DNA of 16,175 nucleotides from Candidatus Methylomirabilia bacterium. Its GTDB lineage: Bacteria; Methylomirabilota; Methylomirabilia; Rokubacteriales; CSP1-6. Under the pieces are notes generated by a model. That model made no database searches. It saw only the letters and a list, made by a program, of their open reading frames with translations, and was not told the DNA's origin. This document shows, piece by piece, positions 15,392 through 16,175 of the stretch. The stretch covers positions 1 through 16,175 of the forward strand of contig JBGPXN010000097.1 in assembly GCA_041492755.1 (NCBI GenBank). The letters are read 5' to 3'. Both the position numbers and the translations under genes were made by a program. Every line of letters begins with the position of its first letter. Position 1 is the first letter of the stretch.

Positions 15392-16175
15392 CCTGGTTCT
15401 TCACCAACGCGAGGATTCTCTCGACGCGCTGTTCGACGGGCTCCGACGAGTCGGTGCCATAGGCCGCCGGCGTTTCCCGCACGCCGGCCTCGGCGTCACC
15501 GCCGTGCGACCCTTGCGGCCCGGTCGACTCCAGCGTGGCCCGGATCGCATTCCGGACCTTCTTGATCTTGAACGGATTGCTTCGCCAGTCGTCCTGACGA
15601 CTGGCGCGTACCGCTGCATCGACCGCCAGCGCCAGCACCTCGTCCTGACCGAGGTTGTCGTACAACGCCCGCCGGCCGGGGGTATTCAACGTCGCGGGAT
15701 ACCCACCACTCGCTTCCGGGCTCGTGATCTTCTTGGTCAGCTCGACGATCCGGCGCAGATACTCCTGGTAGTCCAGCGCCTCCTTGCGGCGCTGTTCGAT
15801 CAGGGCGTCCAGCAGCGCCGACATCTTCTCGTAGTACTTGGGGTTGATCGGCTGCTCGTCGATGATGAGCTTGCGGACGTTGTTCTCGATGGCCTCGGCC
15901 ACGGCCTCCGTGTTCTTCCTGATGCCGTCCGGCAGGGCGTCGACCGCGGCCGCCCCTCGCTCGACGATGAGCTGGACGAGCGAGACGTCATCGAAGGCTG
16001 AGATCTTTTCACTTTCCTCCGCCCGGATGTAGGTGTCGATCAGGTGCCGCATCGCCGGCTCGTACATCTTGAGGTCGATGTAGTCGCCGCTGGCCAGCTT
16101 CACCTCGGTGCGGACCTTCTCGAAGTGGTCCACCTCGGCCTTCAGCGTGTCGATTTCGGCGCTGGAGTAGCCGGC
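15381..16175 (-). CDS. hsdR: Type I restriction endonuclease subunit R, C-terminal part (5'-truncated by the window)
   Basis: Frame is open to the window edge. DLKMYEPAMRHLIDTYIRAE, ENNVRKLIIDE..INPKYYEKMS and RALYDNL..DDWR match HsdR C-termini; the gene is followed by the usual M48 partner. Confidence 0.88.
   Translation of the reverse strand, partial: AGYSSAEIDTLKAEVDHFEKVRTEVKLASGDYIDLKMYEPAMRHLIDTYIRAEESEKISAFDDVSLVQLIVERGAAAVDALPDGIRKNTEAVAEAIENNVRKLIIDEQPINPKYYEKMSALLDALIEQRRKEALDYQEYLRRIVELTKKITSPEASGGYPATLNTPGRRALYDNLGQDEVLALAVDAAVRASRQDDWRSNPFKIKKVRNAIRATLESTGPQGSHGGDAEAGVRETPAAYGTDSSEPVEQRVERILALVKNQDEY

Overview
GC-rich bacterial DNA. The intergenic palindromic repeat and gene repertoire resemble Ca. 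Rokubacteria/Methylomirabilota, which is an unverified inference. Intact or near-intact genes, left to right: the 3' part of a DUF4038/apiosidase-like protein, a secreted kelch protein, a xanthine-dehydrogenase-family molybdoenzyme operon (FAD, 2Fe-2S, Mo subunit, MoaD/ThiS), a Cys-elbow alpha/beta hydrolase, a DUF5131 (Gp37/Gp68) radical-SAM-like gene, an SDR, a Tat-lipoprotein amidohydrolase-VOC-ArsC-like-VOC cluster, and the 3' end of a type I R-M hsdR with its M48/YgjP partner. Four features are not visible in the ORF track. (1) A hidden selenoprotein at 13403-13750 with an in-frame TGA in a UxxC motif and a SECIS-like hairpin. (2) Two directly repeated dif-like (XerC/D-type 11-6/7-11) sites at 1085-1113 and 3617-3644, bracketing a decaying 2.5-kb three-gene module. 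(3) A mosaic of short unrelated gene fragments (thioesterase, PEPCK, HicA) abutting the left dif-like site. (4) A deletion junction near 9533 that truncates both an M20 peptidase and the probable tcmP partner of DUF5131.
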